Below, piece after piece: positions 44,383 to 54,514 of a DNA stretch of 64,000 nucleotides. Origin of the DNA: a virus. Each line of letters opens with the position of its first letter. Position 1 is the stretch's first letter. The position numbers were made by a program, and so were the translations under genes. Where the stretch lies: IMG/VR virus record IMGVR_UViG_3300032087_003621, positions 1 through 64,000 of that record; one strand, written 5' to 3'. The notes beneath the pieces were generated by a model, which searched no databases, was not told the origin of the DNA, and saw nothing but the letters and a program-made list of their open reading frames with translations.

Positions 44383-44503
44383 TTCTTTGCCTGATTCGTT
44401 CGTTTTCTTCTTTAACGTGTTGAATTAACATCATGACATAAATTTCCCTCTCCCAAGGCAACATCTCATTCAATTCCGTCAAAGAGTATTTATGATGTTG
44501 CAT
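44372..44503 (-). CDS. gp51: gp51-like baseplate hub assembly segment (probably reached by -1 frameshift from gp26)
   Basis: MQHHKYSLTELNEMLPWEREIYV motif. The frame stays open upstream to the gp26 stop. No RBS. Confidence 0.7.
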   Translation of the reverse strand: MQHHKYSLTELNEMLPWEREIYVMMLIQHVKEENERIRQRNGG

Positions 44504-44556
44504 CAACTGAAAATTCAGTTGGTAATGATTAACTAAGTTATCATGAGAGAGGCATA

Positions 44557-45264
44557 TCAGAAAAAATTCTGCATACCCTCAACAATTCTATCGTTTTCCT
44601 CGTTACAGTCTGTACATGTAAATTGTAAGTGATAGGTTGTCTTAGGCATATCTTGTAGAAATGCAGCAACCTTTGCAAATTGTCCTGAAGTCATTGATTC
44701 TAAAAACTCGTCAATCGCCTCTTGTGGTTCATCGTCCAAAGAAACACGTTCTTCTGATGTGCGAATAGCTTCCATACACTTTGAGATTAACATGAACGCA
44801 TTCTTAGACGAATCTTCTAAGTCTACTTGACCTTCAGATAAATGTTTATAAGAAGGGTACCGCATCTCAACACTGATATCATCGTTCAGTTTAATAATAT
44901 TATCAATCTTCTCAGGCATATTAACCTTCACCTGTTCAAGGTCAATTTCTACCTCGTTTTGAATATTACAGTGTTCGCATTTGACAGCAACTTTAGTCTT
45001 TTCACCAACCGACTTTGCTCTAATCTGAGTGAACATGTACTCAACGTCAAAGGTAGTTAGTTTGTTCTGATTGAACGAATCTTCAACACAAGATTCGATG
45101 GTATCGAGTACAGCTCTTAATGTTGCTTTTTCATCACCAGATTCGAACGCCATCAAAAGTATTTTTTCTTCTTTTACAAGATAGGGTCTAAATCTTACCG
45201 TCTTTTGAGTTGACGGGATTGTCAACTCATATTTTGGTGCGGAATTAAGTTTAGGTAACGCCAT
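44557..45264 (-). CDS. gp26: Baseplate hub assembly protein gp26
   Basis: MALPKL..P.YEL.IPST...RPYLVKEEKILL, RAKSVGE, CxxC pairs, ends GMQNFF. Confidence 0.85.
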   Translation of the reverse strand: MALPKLNSAPKYELTIPSTQKTVRFRPYLVKEEKILLMAFESGDEKATLRAVLDTIESCVEDSFNQNKLTTFDVEYMFTQIRAKSVGEKTKVAVKCEHCNIQNEVEIDLEQVKVNMPEKIDNIIKLNDDISVEMRYPSYKHLSEGQVDLEDSSKNAFMLISKCMEAIRTSEERVSLDDEPQEAIDEFLESMTSGQFAKVAAFLQDMPKTTYHLQFTCTDCNEENDRIVEGMQNFF

Positions 45265-45303
45265 TTCATGATTCTCCGTTTAATATAGGCATAAAAAATA
45301 TAT

Positions 45304-45990
45304 TTAAGCACCGCCAGGAGTCTGGGGTGGTTTGCTATTTTCCAATAAGATTTTTTGTTGATTCTTTTGTAAATCAAAAGATTGTCCACTAGACCTTTTA
45401 GTTTCTCTCCAGTTTTTATACACAAAGTCAACAGATATTTCTACTAACTGGTCCGGAGCATCATTATACTGAGGGCCTGTCATTGTTACTGGATATGCAT
45501 CTTCAAGCAAACAGTCATAAACAACCTCATAAGGTATATCGAGGTCTTGTTTATTACCCGATGTTGTTGATGTTGGGTCACTAGGCGAAGTTACATTTGC
45601 TTGTAATTTGTCTATGGTTGTGGTTGGTTTTAATTGTTGAATATTAATATTCCTAGTATAGTCATTGAAATAACCAATTTGGTATGTAGTATTATCAACA
45701 ATTAAGTTCATCCATTCTTCGAAGAAATATCTAACATAGGGGTCGTTCAAAACCAAAAACGTCATAGTAACATTTGGTTTTTCATAACCATACGCAACTG
45801 TTTGTTTAGAAACACCTATCAACCTTTCGTTTGTAAGAATCTGTCTGCCAGGCATGTTTGTAGAACGACAGAGAAGGTCTATGTTTTGTGCCTGTTCCTG
45901 AGCAGGTAAAATCACACGAAATAGATTTCCGGAAGCGACACCTCCACCTGAACCTACTGCATTTTTTATCTGTTCTATACTATAAGCCAC
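45304..45990 (-). CDS. Baseplate-tail tube initiator (gp54-like)
   Basis: GGVA..NLFRV, LLC...NMPG, FFEEWM..I, LEDAYPV, tube-protein fold pattern. Confidence 0.65.
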   Translation of the reverse strand: MAYSIEQIKNAVGSGGGVASGNLFRVILPAQEQAQNIDLLCRSTNMPGRQILTNERLIGVSKQTVAYGYEKPNVTMTFLVLNDPYVRYFFEEWMNLIVDNTTYQIGYFNDYTRNINIQQLKPTTTIDKLQANVTSPSDPTSTTSGNKQDLDIPYEVVYDCLLEDAYPVTMTGPQYNDAPDQLVEISVDFVYKNWRETKRSSGQSFDLQKNQQKILLENSKPPQTPGGA

Positions 45991-46588
45991 TTATAATTTC
46001 CCTTGTGTTTTTGTATGCAGCGGATTGACCTCCACCTCTCCATTGAGCGGTGGGTAAAAATGTCGCTATTTCCCATTCTGGTGCTGACACAAATGCTATG
46101 TTCTGTTCTACCTGGCTAGTCAAGTAGTGTTTAAAACACGGTTGAAAATATCTTAACCTTGAGGTATTCTTTAACATTCTATATGTAATACCTAACCGTG
46201 TGTCTTCATCATAGTTATTATCAGTTGTATAGTTCATTAACGAATCAAGAAACTTCGCTCTCAATGCGATTGGCAGATAATGTAGATTCAACCCATAGAA
46301 ACCTTTGGGCGCTGGGCCTGCAATAATCACCAGAGGAAACGCATCCCAATACGGTAATGTGTCTCTATGTTTTGCATCATAAAAGAACATCGCCATCTTA
46401 CCAATCACTGCTTTATTTCTTCCAGCACTTGCGGCTCTCGAATCTATGGGGTCTTCTTTCATCAATGCACGTCGATTGACTTGCATATTCTGAACCTTTT
46501 TTCTAAACCACTCACGAGATTCACGTGAACGTGGTGTGATACCTGCTCGGAACGCTTCCTGTTCGACTCTTTGGAATAGATTACTCAT
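45980..46588 (-). CDS. gp2: DNA end protector gp2
   Basis: FFYDAKHRDTLPYWDAFPL, GLNLHYL, PCFKHYL. Confidence 0.9.
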   Translation of the reverse strand: MSNLFQRVEQEAFRAGITPRSRESREWFRKKVQNMQVNRRALMKEDPIDSRAASAGRNKAVIGKMAMFFYDAKHRDTLPYWDAFPLVIIAGPAPKGFYGLNLHYLPIALRAKFLDSLMNYTTDNNYDEDTRLGITYRMLKNTSRLRYFQPCFKHYLTSQVEQNIAFVSAPEWEIATFLPTAQWRGGGQSAAYKNTREIISGL

Positions 46589-46593
46589 GCAAA

Positions 46594-47082
46594 CTATTTA
46601 GTCTTTTTTCTAGAGTATTTTGGAAGTGGTTTTAGTTTTTTGAGTGGTTTCGGCAAAATCCCCATCAACCTCAATTCAATTTCAGTCCATACTTCAAACT
46701 TCCATTTATGGTCTTTACAATATTCTTCAGCCGCCTCCCATTTGTTCTGATTCTTAATGTAAGTATAGGCTTCCGTAATATATCGTTTGGTACGTTTGTT
46801 ACCTTTGGGTGGTTCAGTTTCCTTATGTGGTTTCACCTCAATTAATGATGTTGAACCATTTTTCCACGTGACCGTAAAGTCAGGATAGTAACGATGGTAT
46901 TTTTTGTCAGCCTCGTAGTAGTAAGGTATGATAATTTCTTCACTTGACCAAGAGATAACCTCTTTGGAGGTGTCGAAGTACATCATACAATATTTCTCCC
47001 ACATACTGCGGTAAACAACGTTTGTAGGGTCGCCTTTATATTTCTTTGGATTTTTAACCTTGTATTTACCCGAATATGTCAT
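46594..47082 (-). CDS. gp4: Head completion nuclease gp4
   Basis: YSGKY...NPKKYKGDPTNVVYRS.WE, WSSEE, HRYYPDF, IEVKP, NQNKW.AA. Confidence 0.9.
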   Translation of the reverse strand: MTYSGKYKVKNPKKYKGDPTNVVYRSMWEKYCMMYFDTSKEVISWSSEEIIIPYYYEADKKYHRYYPDFTVTWKNGSTSLIEVKPHKETEPPKGNKRTKRYITEAYTYIKNQNKWEAAEEYCKDHKWKFEVWTEIELRLMGILPKPLKKLKPLPKYSRKKTK

Positions 47083-47091
47083 GGCATCACT

Positions 47092-47099
47092 TATAAATA
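47092..47099 (+). promoter_or_regulatory. T4-type late promoter (divergent gp4/gp48 gap)
   Basis: TATAAATA on the + strand. An AATAAATA variant lies on the - strand near 47104-47111. Confidence 0.75.
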
Positions 47100-47124
47100 A
47101 AATTATTTATTAGAGTTTCAAATA

Positions 47125-48198
47125 ATGGCTGAAACACAATTAGAAACAACCTCAACCTCTCTAGTCGCGGGAAAAGTCATTGCAGATGCCACTTTTTCTG
47201 AAGATGAGAAAGATAATCTCGTTTTTCCAATATCCTATAGACAAGATTATTTGGGTAAAGTTATTTTTTCTGTAATCGAAGAAGAAGAGACAAATATAGA
47301 AGAAATAAAACAGGCAATGAAAACTAAACAAGAGTCGTTGTCAGAAAATAGTAACGCATTCGATGAACGTGGGGAAAAACTGAAAAAAAATGCACAGGAA
47401 AATGCTGAAGAATTAAAAAGACGAGCTGAAGCTAAATCCCAGTCGTATCGAAAAAGTACTGTTAATAAATCCGCTTTACAAAATGAACCAACACCCACAT
47501 TAAAAAATGCAACTTTGTTCTTGCCGCAGGCGATAACGTTTGCAGATGGTGTGCAATATGAAAATGTTGACTTAGGTACTTTGGGTGGTTTAGGTCAACA
47601 AGCTGCTAGGGGTGCGATTGCGGGGGATGGTTTCTTAGGTTCTACTGGTGGAGCTATTACGTCTTTGGTTGATTCATTCAAAGGGCCCACTGGTGAAGGT
47701 GCTGGACGTTTAGCTGCAAACACAACATCTAAAATTTTTGGAGACGGGTTTTCGGCTGGTGTTCGAGCTGAGACAAAAGTGACACTAAACCCTAACACAC
47801 GCTCGTTGTTCAAATCAGTCAATTTACGTTCTTTTAGTTTCACCTTTAAAATGATTCCACTGTCAATCGATGAAAGTGTTGCTATTAAGAAAATAGTCAA
47901 ATTTTTTAGAACTGAACTGTACCCTGAACATATTCTTCTGGGAGAAGACCAAGACCAAGCTGGACAGGTTCCATTGGGATATAGATTTCCAAACAAATTT
48001 TTAATTGAAATGTTCTATAACGAAAAACAAATAGCGACAAAAATTTTACCTTGTTATCTTCAAAGTATGCAAACAGTCTATAATGGTACTTCGATGGGTA
48101 TACACGAAGACGGTAGTTTCCAAGAAGTTGATATTACACTTAACTTTACAGAATCCAGAACACTAAACCGAAAAGATGTTCTTGACAACGGATATTAA
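47125..48198 (+). CDS. gp48: Baseplate tail tube cap gp48
   Basis: LFLPQ.I...D...Y, NPN...LF..VNLRSFSFTFKM.P....E, L.F.E. Confidence 0.8.
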   Translation: MAETQLETTSTSLVAGKVIADATFSEDEKDNLVFPISYRQDYLGKVIFSVIEEEETNIEEIKQAMKTKQESLSENSNAFDERGEKLKKNAQENAEELKRRAEAKSQSYRKSTVNKSALQNEPTPTLKNATLFLPQAITFADGVQYENVDLGTLGGLGQQAARGAIAGDGFLGSTGGAITSLVDSFKGPTGEGAGRLAANTTSKIFGDGFSAGVRAETKVTLNPNTRSLFKSVNLRSFSFTFKMIPLSIDESVAIKKIVKFFRTELYPEHILLGEDQDQAGQVPLGYRFPNKFLIEMFYNEKQIATKILPCYLQSMQTVYNGTSMGIHEDGSFQEVDITLNFTESRTLNRKDVLDNGY

Positions 48199-48200
48199 AA

Positions 48201-49019
48201 ATGACACAATACTATTTTAGAAATTTCCCTTTCATAAAATATTCTTTCGGTGATAATGAACCAGAAGTATATTTTCAGAAAATGTCATCTGCCATTGATT
48301 TATTCGATAACATAAAACAAGATGTTGCATTTGTGACCACAAAAGAAATTGTTGATTTTGAGAGACCTGATACATTCTCCTATAAACTTTATAAAACGCC
48401 AGATTATTACTGGACTTTCTTTTTGATGAATGATAAGTTAAGAGAATCTGGTTGGCCTCTCGATGTTGACCGAGAGTTTGAAGTGATAAAGGAAAGATAT
48501 CCTTACTGGTCTTTCATCACGGCCGATTTTTTCGCAGGACTCTTACAAGTGGGACAAGAACTTCTTCTCGGGGGTGTCGGTGCTGCTGGATTCTTTGGTA
48601 AGGTTGTTAGAGCGGACCCTTCATTTGGTCAAATCATTTTTGAACCTACGTTTAAAAGGCAGAATCCATTAGACCTTACAGCTCCACCTGTTGACGTGGA
48701 TGCTGGAACAGTTGAGAATTCTTTTCCTGCAATTCAAGGTATACAGTTTGAAACTAATGATGTAACTTATACTTTGGCTGGTGCTTTCGGAAATTCGTCA
48801 ACCACAAAAGAATATCTTGGTGTGCATCACTGGGAAAATACGGATGGTGAATATCAAGACGTTAATCCTTTGACACAAGATACGACAGGTGTAAAAAGAG
48901 TAACGTTCAAAGATAATTTTCAAGCTAGGAATCAGTCTTTGAGAGAAATATCTGTTTTAAGACCAGGCATCGCCAATCAGGTGGTGGGTGAGTTCCAAAA
49001 CCTAATAGCATCGTCATGA
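48201..49019 (+). CDS. gp53: Baseplate wedge gp53
   Basis: YFRNFP.I.Y, ERPD..SYKLY....YYW.FFLMN, GWP, R.I.VL.P. Confidence 0.85.
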   Translation: MTQYYFRNFPFIKYSFGDNEPEVYFQKMSSAIDLFDNIKQDVAFVTTKEIVDFERPDTFSYKLYKTPDYYWTFFLMNDKLRESGWPLDVDREFEVIKERYPYWSFITADFFAGLLQVGQELLLGGVGAAGFFGKVVRADPSFGQIIFEPTFKRQNPLDLTAPPVDVDAGTVENSFPAIQGIQFETNDVTYTLAGAFGNSSTTKEYLGVHHWENTDGEYQDVNPLTQDTTGVKRVTFKDNFQARNQSLREISVLRPGIANQVVGEFQNLIASS

Positions 49020-50395
49020 CACAAACTCGTTCGCAACAGTATAAGATACTAAAGGCAGAAATATCTGCTGAAAAATTGGGAGACCGAACCGTCGATGTTC
49101 GTTCACTTATTCCCGAATTGGTGTTTTATGAAAATTTAGAATACCCTTACATCACTGGTAAGATGTTGTTGGTTGATGATAATTCGGTTTTTGAATCTAT
49201 AAATTTTAGAGGCACAGAAAAGATAACCTTTGAGATTGCAGGTGTTGGTAATGATTCCGAACCTATTATCGGTGGTTCGGAGGGTAAAGAAAAAAGTTTT
49301 ATTATGACTAAGGTAGAAAAAACTGTTCGAACCAATGACCGAACAGATGTTTTATTAATATCTTTGGTCGAAGAACATTTTCTATTGAGTAAATTGACAA
49401 AGGTTAGTAAAGCTTTCACCACTAACCTAGAAACTATGATAACAGAAATTATCGTAGGTTATCTAAAAAAGAATGTAGACCAGTCTTATCTAACAAAGTC
49501 GGCACAAGGTGTTAGAAAAATTAATGTACCGTATATGACTCCATTGGATGCTATTGATTGGATACGTGACAGAATGACTACCGAGATAGGTGCACCTTAC
49601 TTTGTTCATTCGTCACTATACGATAACAACATTCGAATTTCAAGCCTTGAGGGATTTTTAATACAAACTCCCTTCAATAAGAAAGTGCCCTTTGTTTATT
49701 CTTCGAGTTTTTCTGGAAATGCAGAAGCTATCTCCGAAGATAAAAAATATTTTATGATAGAAAACTATAAGAAAGAATCTTCTGAAGATTCTTTAATGAT
49801 GGTAAGTAAAGGAGCACTAGGCGCATCTTACACTAATACGGACATTGGAAACGGTATAACCACACGTGACAGTTTCAAAATTAGAGACATTCTATTAGAT
49901 ATGAAGAGTAAAGAACTTTTGCCTGACACTTCAACTCAAAGTGTTTTTGATGAGAGTAAAGTGATAGAAAACAATTTCATTGATAATTATCAGTCTAAAA
50001 ATTATCATCAGATAAGTTCTTTCGGCACTTATGATACCTTTTTAGGATACCATGATGTTGTTGATTCTCTTGATAATACTTTGAAACTTAAAAACATTTC
50101 GTTGAGAAACTCTCTGTATCGAAATATGGTTAATATAATTGCACCCGGCGTGGCCTTTATGCACTCTAAAGCAAGTGTCGGTGACATAATGAAATGTACA
50201 TTTAATTCCAGTGCAGCTGACCCCAAAAATTTAAGTTCAAATGATATAATAGATAAACAAAAATCAGGTGATTACTTGATATACGCTATTCGACATACCT
50301 TTAAAGAATCACGTCACAGTGTATCTGTTAATGCTACCAAGATAACCAGAGAATTCCCTGAACGAGTGAATACAGGAGAAAGTGGTTTTGCTTAA
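49016..50395 (+). CDS. Baseplate hub protein (gp27-like)
   Basis: YENL..PYITG, G.EKI.F, PYMTPLDAI.W, D..KSG.YLI..IRH. Lies between gp53 and gp5. Confidence 0.65.
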   Translation: MTQTRSQQYKILKAEISAEKLGDRTVDVRSLIPELVFYENLEYPYITGKMLLVDDNSVFESINFRGTEKITFEIAGVGNDSEPIIGGSEGKEKSFIMTKVEKTVRTNDRTDVLLISLVEEHFLLSKLTKVSKAFTTNLETMITEIIVGYLKKNVDQSYLTKSAQGVRKINVPYMTPLDAIDWIRDRMTTEIGAPYFVHSSLYDNNIRISSLEGFLIQTPFNKKVPFVYSSSFSGNAEAISEDKKYFMIENYKKESSEDSLMMVSKGALGASYTNTDIGNGITTRDSFKIRDILLDMKSKELLPDTSTQSVFDESKVIENNFIDNYQSKNYHQISSFGTYDTFLGYHDVVDSLDNTLKLKNISLRNSLYRNMVNIIAPGVAFMHSKASVGDIMKCTFNSSAADPKNLSSNDIIDKQKSGDYLIYAIRHTFKESRHSVSVNATKITREFPERVNTGESGFA

Positions 50396-51320
50396 ATCTA
50401 TACAAACAGAATATTATGGTGACCAACTTAGATGGTTTGTTGCTACTGTTATCAACTCTTCACCACCTGCTGGGTTAGAGGGTAGAGTTCGTATTCGTAT
50501 TCACGGAATTCATGACCCATACACTGGAAACGTTTTAGAGTCTGATTTACCTTGGGCGACAACTATGATACCATTAACCGAAGGAGGTAGTTCTGGTTTT
50601 GGAAGAGTGCCTCAAGTTCTTCCGGGCGCATTGGTGTATGGTTTTTTTATGGATGGTAAATCGTCACAAACACCTTTGATACTAGGTTCTTTAAATAAAA
50701 CTGAGTTTCCAACTGATGTTCAGGCTAGGTCTTCTAAAGACAAGACGTTAAGTCGTTTTAAAAATGAATATGACCCAGATAGAAAAATCGATATTGCTTC
50801 GCAAGAAATTTTAGATGATAGAATACCAGACGCTAATGTTGCAACCAGAAGAAGTCAAGCGATGCGTTTTTTCATTGATAATGGATATACACCTAGACAA
50901 GCCGCTGGAATCGTCGGATGTCTTGAAGCAATTTCTAGGTTTGTAACCTTCAACCCAGATAATCCCGATTTACAATTTTTCGGTATCGCTCAATGGGATA
51001 AGAACGGAACAAGATATAAAAATCTGATTAAGTTCGCAACACAAATCGAGAAACGTTCATCTATTAATCTGTTTTCGATTCAATTACAATATGTTTTATC
51101 AGAACTTAGAACAAGATTCGCCAACGTCAATGCGAAACTTTTAAAAACCGAACTGATTGACGGAACAGGTGGGTCAGTCGATATTATCAGTCGATTATAC
51201 TTAAAGGACCGATTTATTGCTGGTGGTAACACAACATCGTTTGAAATGAGAAACAATAGGAAAGTTAACTTAGCGATATCGAACGCAACAAAGGCCTATA
51301 ATGAAGTTACGGTGAGTTAA
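50382..51320 (+). CDS. gp5 N-terminal OB-fold fused to a phage tail lysozyme (lysozyme2-like) domain
   Basis: GRVRIRIHGIH, LPWA, VYGFFMDG...QTPLILG, then NGYTPRQAAGIVG...GIAQW...QLQYV..EL. Confidence 0.8.
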   Translation: MVLLKSIQTEYYGDQLRWFVATVINSSPPAGLEGRVRIRIHGIHDPYTGNVLESDLPWATTMIPLTEGGSSGFGRVPQVLPGALVYGFFMDGKSSQTPLILGSLNKTEFPTDVQARSSKDKTLSRFKNEYDPDRKIDIASQEILDDRIPDANVATRRSQAMRFFIDNGYTPRQAAGIVGCLEAISRFVTFNPDNPDLQFFGIAQWDKNGTRYKNLIKFATQIEKRSSINLFSIQLQYVLSELRTRFANVNAKLLKTELIDGTGGSVDIISRLYLKDRFIAGGNTTSFEMRNNRKVNLAISNATKAYNEVTVS

Positions 51321-53063
51321 ATGACAATAACAAAAGAACAATTAGATAAAGCATTAAATTCGACTAAAACCACTTTGTCTTACGGTGGTGTAGACGAAGC
51401 ATCAACCAATGTCAAAGAAACATTCGATACTGTCAAAGTAACTGAAGTAGGTAAAGAAGTAAATCAGATTATAGGTGGTGTTAAATCCGTCACAAGTAAA
51501 ACTGATATTATTGGTGCAGAAAATTTTACTCCAACTGAAGGGGTTTTAACATCTGGAGCTTTGAACGGTTCTATTAATCCAGCACTTAATACAGATATTA
51601 GTAGTCTATCTTCCGAGATTGGTGTTGGTGTTTCAATAACATATAACGATAGTGGACGTAACACTGGAATAACATATGACAAAAAAACAAGTGGTTCGTT
51701 ATCTTCAATCTTGAGTGGAATCACTGGCCTGGGCGTTGCGCCTGGTTATCTGCAAAATATGATTTCAAATGCTAATTCGAAAGGGCTGAACACATCGATT
51801 AATTCTGTTGCTGGAAATGTTGGAGCTTTTTCTAGTATTGGTGCAGTGAACAATCTGTCATCGAGGACTCAAAGTATTATTAACGATGTTGTAACTAATG
51901 CAGTTACGGATGGTAAAACAGGTTCGACCACTAGGTTAACAGCTTTTCAAAACGAAGGAAATGACGCTATTACTGATGTTGCAAATACTGTGGTTAGTGC
52001 AATATCTCCTGATGTTGGCAGTGTGTTGGGTGCGGTTACTGGCAGAAAAGGTCAAGACGTTATACCTTTAGTTAGAAAATATAAAAATACTAGAGCGGGT
52101 GTTGTGAATGAGAAGAATAAATTCATATCATCATTAGAAAGAACCTTTCCTATCGGTCAGTTGGGTTTTGTTCAAAATCTGGTCAGGAAACTGGACACCA
52201 AAAGTTTAGACACTGTTTTTATAGCGAACGGGATAAGGTTAGAGGAAAAGGACCGTAGTGAAATTATTCGTTTGTCGCAAGGGACAGAAGTCCAAAAAGC
52301 TGAGGCCCGAAGAATCTTACAGGAAAAACATGGAAAGTCACCCAAAGAAGTGACTGACCTGTTAGCTGAACTAGATTCGACTATTGCTGGTTCAGTTGTT
52401 GTTGATACATCTAATAGTGTATTTGATGACCCCTTTAATGTGGGTGATGCTCAACGTTGGAACAATGGTGTTGGTGCTGAAGATTTTACGTTTACTTTTA
52501 TTTCTTCTGTGGAAGAGTTGGACGCCGAATTTCGTTCAATCACTAGGGACGTAACTGAAATTGTGGTTCACTGGACAGAATCGTTTTCTAATGTCAACAT
52601 TGGAAGTGAAGAAATAAATAAAACCCAGATTAGATTGGGTTTAAATAGTATTGGTTATCATTATGTAATTCGTAGGGATGGTTCTGTACAAAGAGGAAGG
52701 CCTGTAAATATTCAAGGAGACCATGCAAACATCAATGGTCACAACGAGAGAAGTATAGGGGTTGTTTTCGTTGGAGGTATTAATGCGCCCACTGGGACAC
52801 CAGACCCCTTAGAATATAAATCTGTTACTTCTTTAACACGAAGTCAGTTTACATCATTTCAAGAGATTTGTAAAGCGTTTTATAGAACTTTTCCAGGCGG
52901 ACAAGTATTAGGACACAATGACCTAGACCCCCTAGAAGATGACCCCGGCTTTGACGTGAGAGATTTTTGTGAAGATGTGTTTGGTAAAAAATCGTTGTTT
53001 ACTGACCCATCAACCCAACCACCTTTCACCAGCCAACAGATAAACGAAAGTAAGATATTATGA
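51321..53063 (+). CDS. Virion protein with C-terminal N-acetylmuramoyl-L-alanine amidase (Amidase_2)
   Basis: IVVHWT, IGYHYVIRRDGSVQRGRP, NERSIGV.FVGG, GHND...DPGFDV. Confidence 0.8.
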   Translation: MTITKEQLDKALNSTKTTLSYGGVDEASTNVKETFDTVKVTEVGKEVNQIIGGVKSVTSKTDIIGAENFTPTEGVLTSGALNGSINPALNTDISSLSSEIGVGVSITYNDSGRNTGITYDKKTSGSLSSILSGITGLGVAPGYLQNMISNANSKGLNTSINSVAGNVGAFSSIGAVNNLSSRTQSIINDVVTNAVTDGKTGSTTRLTAFQNEGNDAITDVANTVVSAISPDVGSVLGAVTGRKGQDVIPLVRKYKNTRAGVVNEKNKFISSLERTFPIGQLGFVQNLVRKLDTKSLDTVFIANGIRLEEKDRSEIIRLSQGTEVQKAEARRILQEKHGKSPKEVTDLLAELDSTIAGSVVVDTSNSVFDDPFNVGDAQRWNNGVGAEDFTFTFISSVEELDAEFRSITRDVTEIVVHWTESFSNVNIGSEEINKTQIRLGLNSIGYHYVIRRDGSVQRGRPVNIQGDHANINGHNERSIGVVFVGGINAPTGTPDPLEYKSVTSLTRSQFTSFQEICKAFYRTFPGGQVLGHNDLDPLEDDPGFDVRDFCEDVFGKKSLFTDPSTQPPFTSQQINESKIL

Positions 53064-54514
53064 CAACAATTTTAGACAATTTTCGAAACCGAATAAAAGA
53101 ACTGGGTGCTGGTCAGGAAAACACTGAAGGTGTTCCCCGAGAAGGTTTTAATGAAGCATCAGGCGAATTTCCTAGACGAGATTATTTTTTCGGTTCGTCT
53201 ATAAACAAGTCGGCTCGAGGAGAGACCATAGAATCCTTGTTTGCAGGTGGTGGTGATTATGGGGTTTCTGTAGAATTCTCTGACCAAAAACCTTCTACAT
53301 TTCCATATAATCAGGCACAAGAAACTACCTCTGGTCATGCTATTCATGTAGATGATACACCTGGCGGTGAAAGGATTCTAATCAAACATCGAACGGGTGC
53401 TGGACTAGAATTAAGAGCCGATGGAAGTGTTCTATTTTCCTCCGTCAATAAAAAGGTTTCTGTAACAGGTGGTGATGATGTTGTGATTGTGGAAGGTCAA
53501 GCAGACCTTGTATACAAAGGCAACGTCAATGTTAAAATTGCTGGAGATTATAATTTAGAAGTCGAAGGTAATATTAACGTTACTACCGCTGGTAATAAAA
53601 CTGAAAAGATACATCGTAATCACACTAAGACTGTAGACGAAAATCAAAACCATGTGGTGAAAGGTTCTAGGTCTCTTCGAGTGGTTGATGTTAATACTGA
53701 AACTATGTTATCAGACAGAAACGTATTTGTCAAGGGAGAACAAAATAATTTTGTTGAAGGTAATGTTGAATTCACTAGTGGTGATAAACTGATTACCACA
53801 GCTGTCAATGAATGGGTCGCTTCATCCCAAATCGCAAATATATCGGGAGACACGGTTTCTATTATTGGTGTGACAGGAACAATTGGTGGACAGTTAATTG
53901 ACCACTATGGTAAAGTCTTCTCAGGACCACCTGGCGGTTCTGGTTTGGGTGGTACAACACATTACGGAACATTTATTGGTAAAGCCACAGAAGCAATCAC
54001 ATCAGACTTTGCAAACAAGGCAGGGGAAGCTTCCTTCGCACAATCAGCACCTGCTGAAGTAGGAACAGCAACAGGTGCGTCGAAGGTAAGGAATCCTAAA
54101 ACATATCCTACGGAAATGCCTTACGTTCAAATTGAACCCACAGCGGATATGCCAACCACCGCAATCATAACACCTTTATTGTCATCTGGCAACTATGGTA
54201 TACGAAATGTAAATGTTGACCCAGGCGATGAATTGAAACTAGAAATTCTAAAGACCGACGATTATGATGGTTTATTTAACAGAGAACCCAGTATTCACGA
54301 AATACGTTCTAAATTAAGAGACCCTGCAAATCTTCAGAACGCAACGTTGATTGGTGCATTGATTGGGGAAGGTAGACTTTCAAGTAAGTATGCGGATGTA
54401 AGACCACCCTTTATTGGCCGAGCATACAACAAGAAACCAAGTTTACAATTTGGTCGAACACTATTGGGTAACAACCCAGCTGAAAATAGAAGTAAGAGGT
54501 TCACTCCGTCATGA
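53060..54514 (+). CDS. gp5 C-terminal beta-helix spike protein
   Basis: PYN...ET.SGH...DDTPGGERI...HRTG followed by V.G.. repeats. Confidence 0.8.
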   Translation: MTTILDNFRNRIKELGAGQENTEGVPREGFNEASGEFPRRDYFFGSSINKSARGETIESLFAGGGDYGVSVEFSDQKPSTFPYNQAQETTSGHAIHVDDTPGGERILIKHRTGAGLELRADGSVLFSSVNKKVSVTGGDDVVIVEGQADLVYKGNVNVKIAGDYNLEVEGNINVTTAGNKTEKIHRNHTKTVDENQNHVVKGSRSLRVVDVNTETMLSDRNVFVKGEQNNFVEGNVEFTSGDKLITTAVNEWVASSQIANISGDTVSIIGVTGTIGGQLIDHYGKVFSGPPGGSGLGGTTHYGTFIGKATEAITSDFANKAGEASFAQSAPAEVGTATGASKVRNPKTYPTEMPYVQIEPTADMPTTAIITPLLSSGNYGIRNVNVDPGDELKLEILKTDDYDGLFNREPSIHEIRSKLRDPANLQNATLIGALIGEGRLSSKYADVRPPFIGRAYNKKPSLQFGRTLLGNNPAENRSKRFTPS

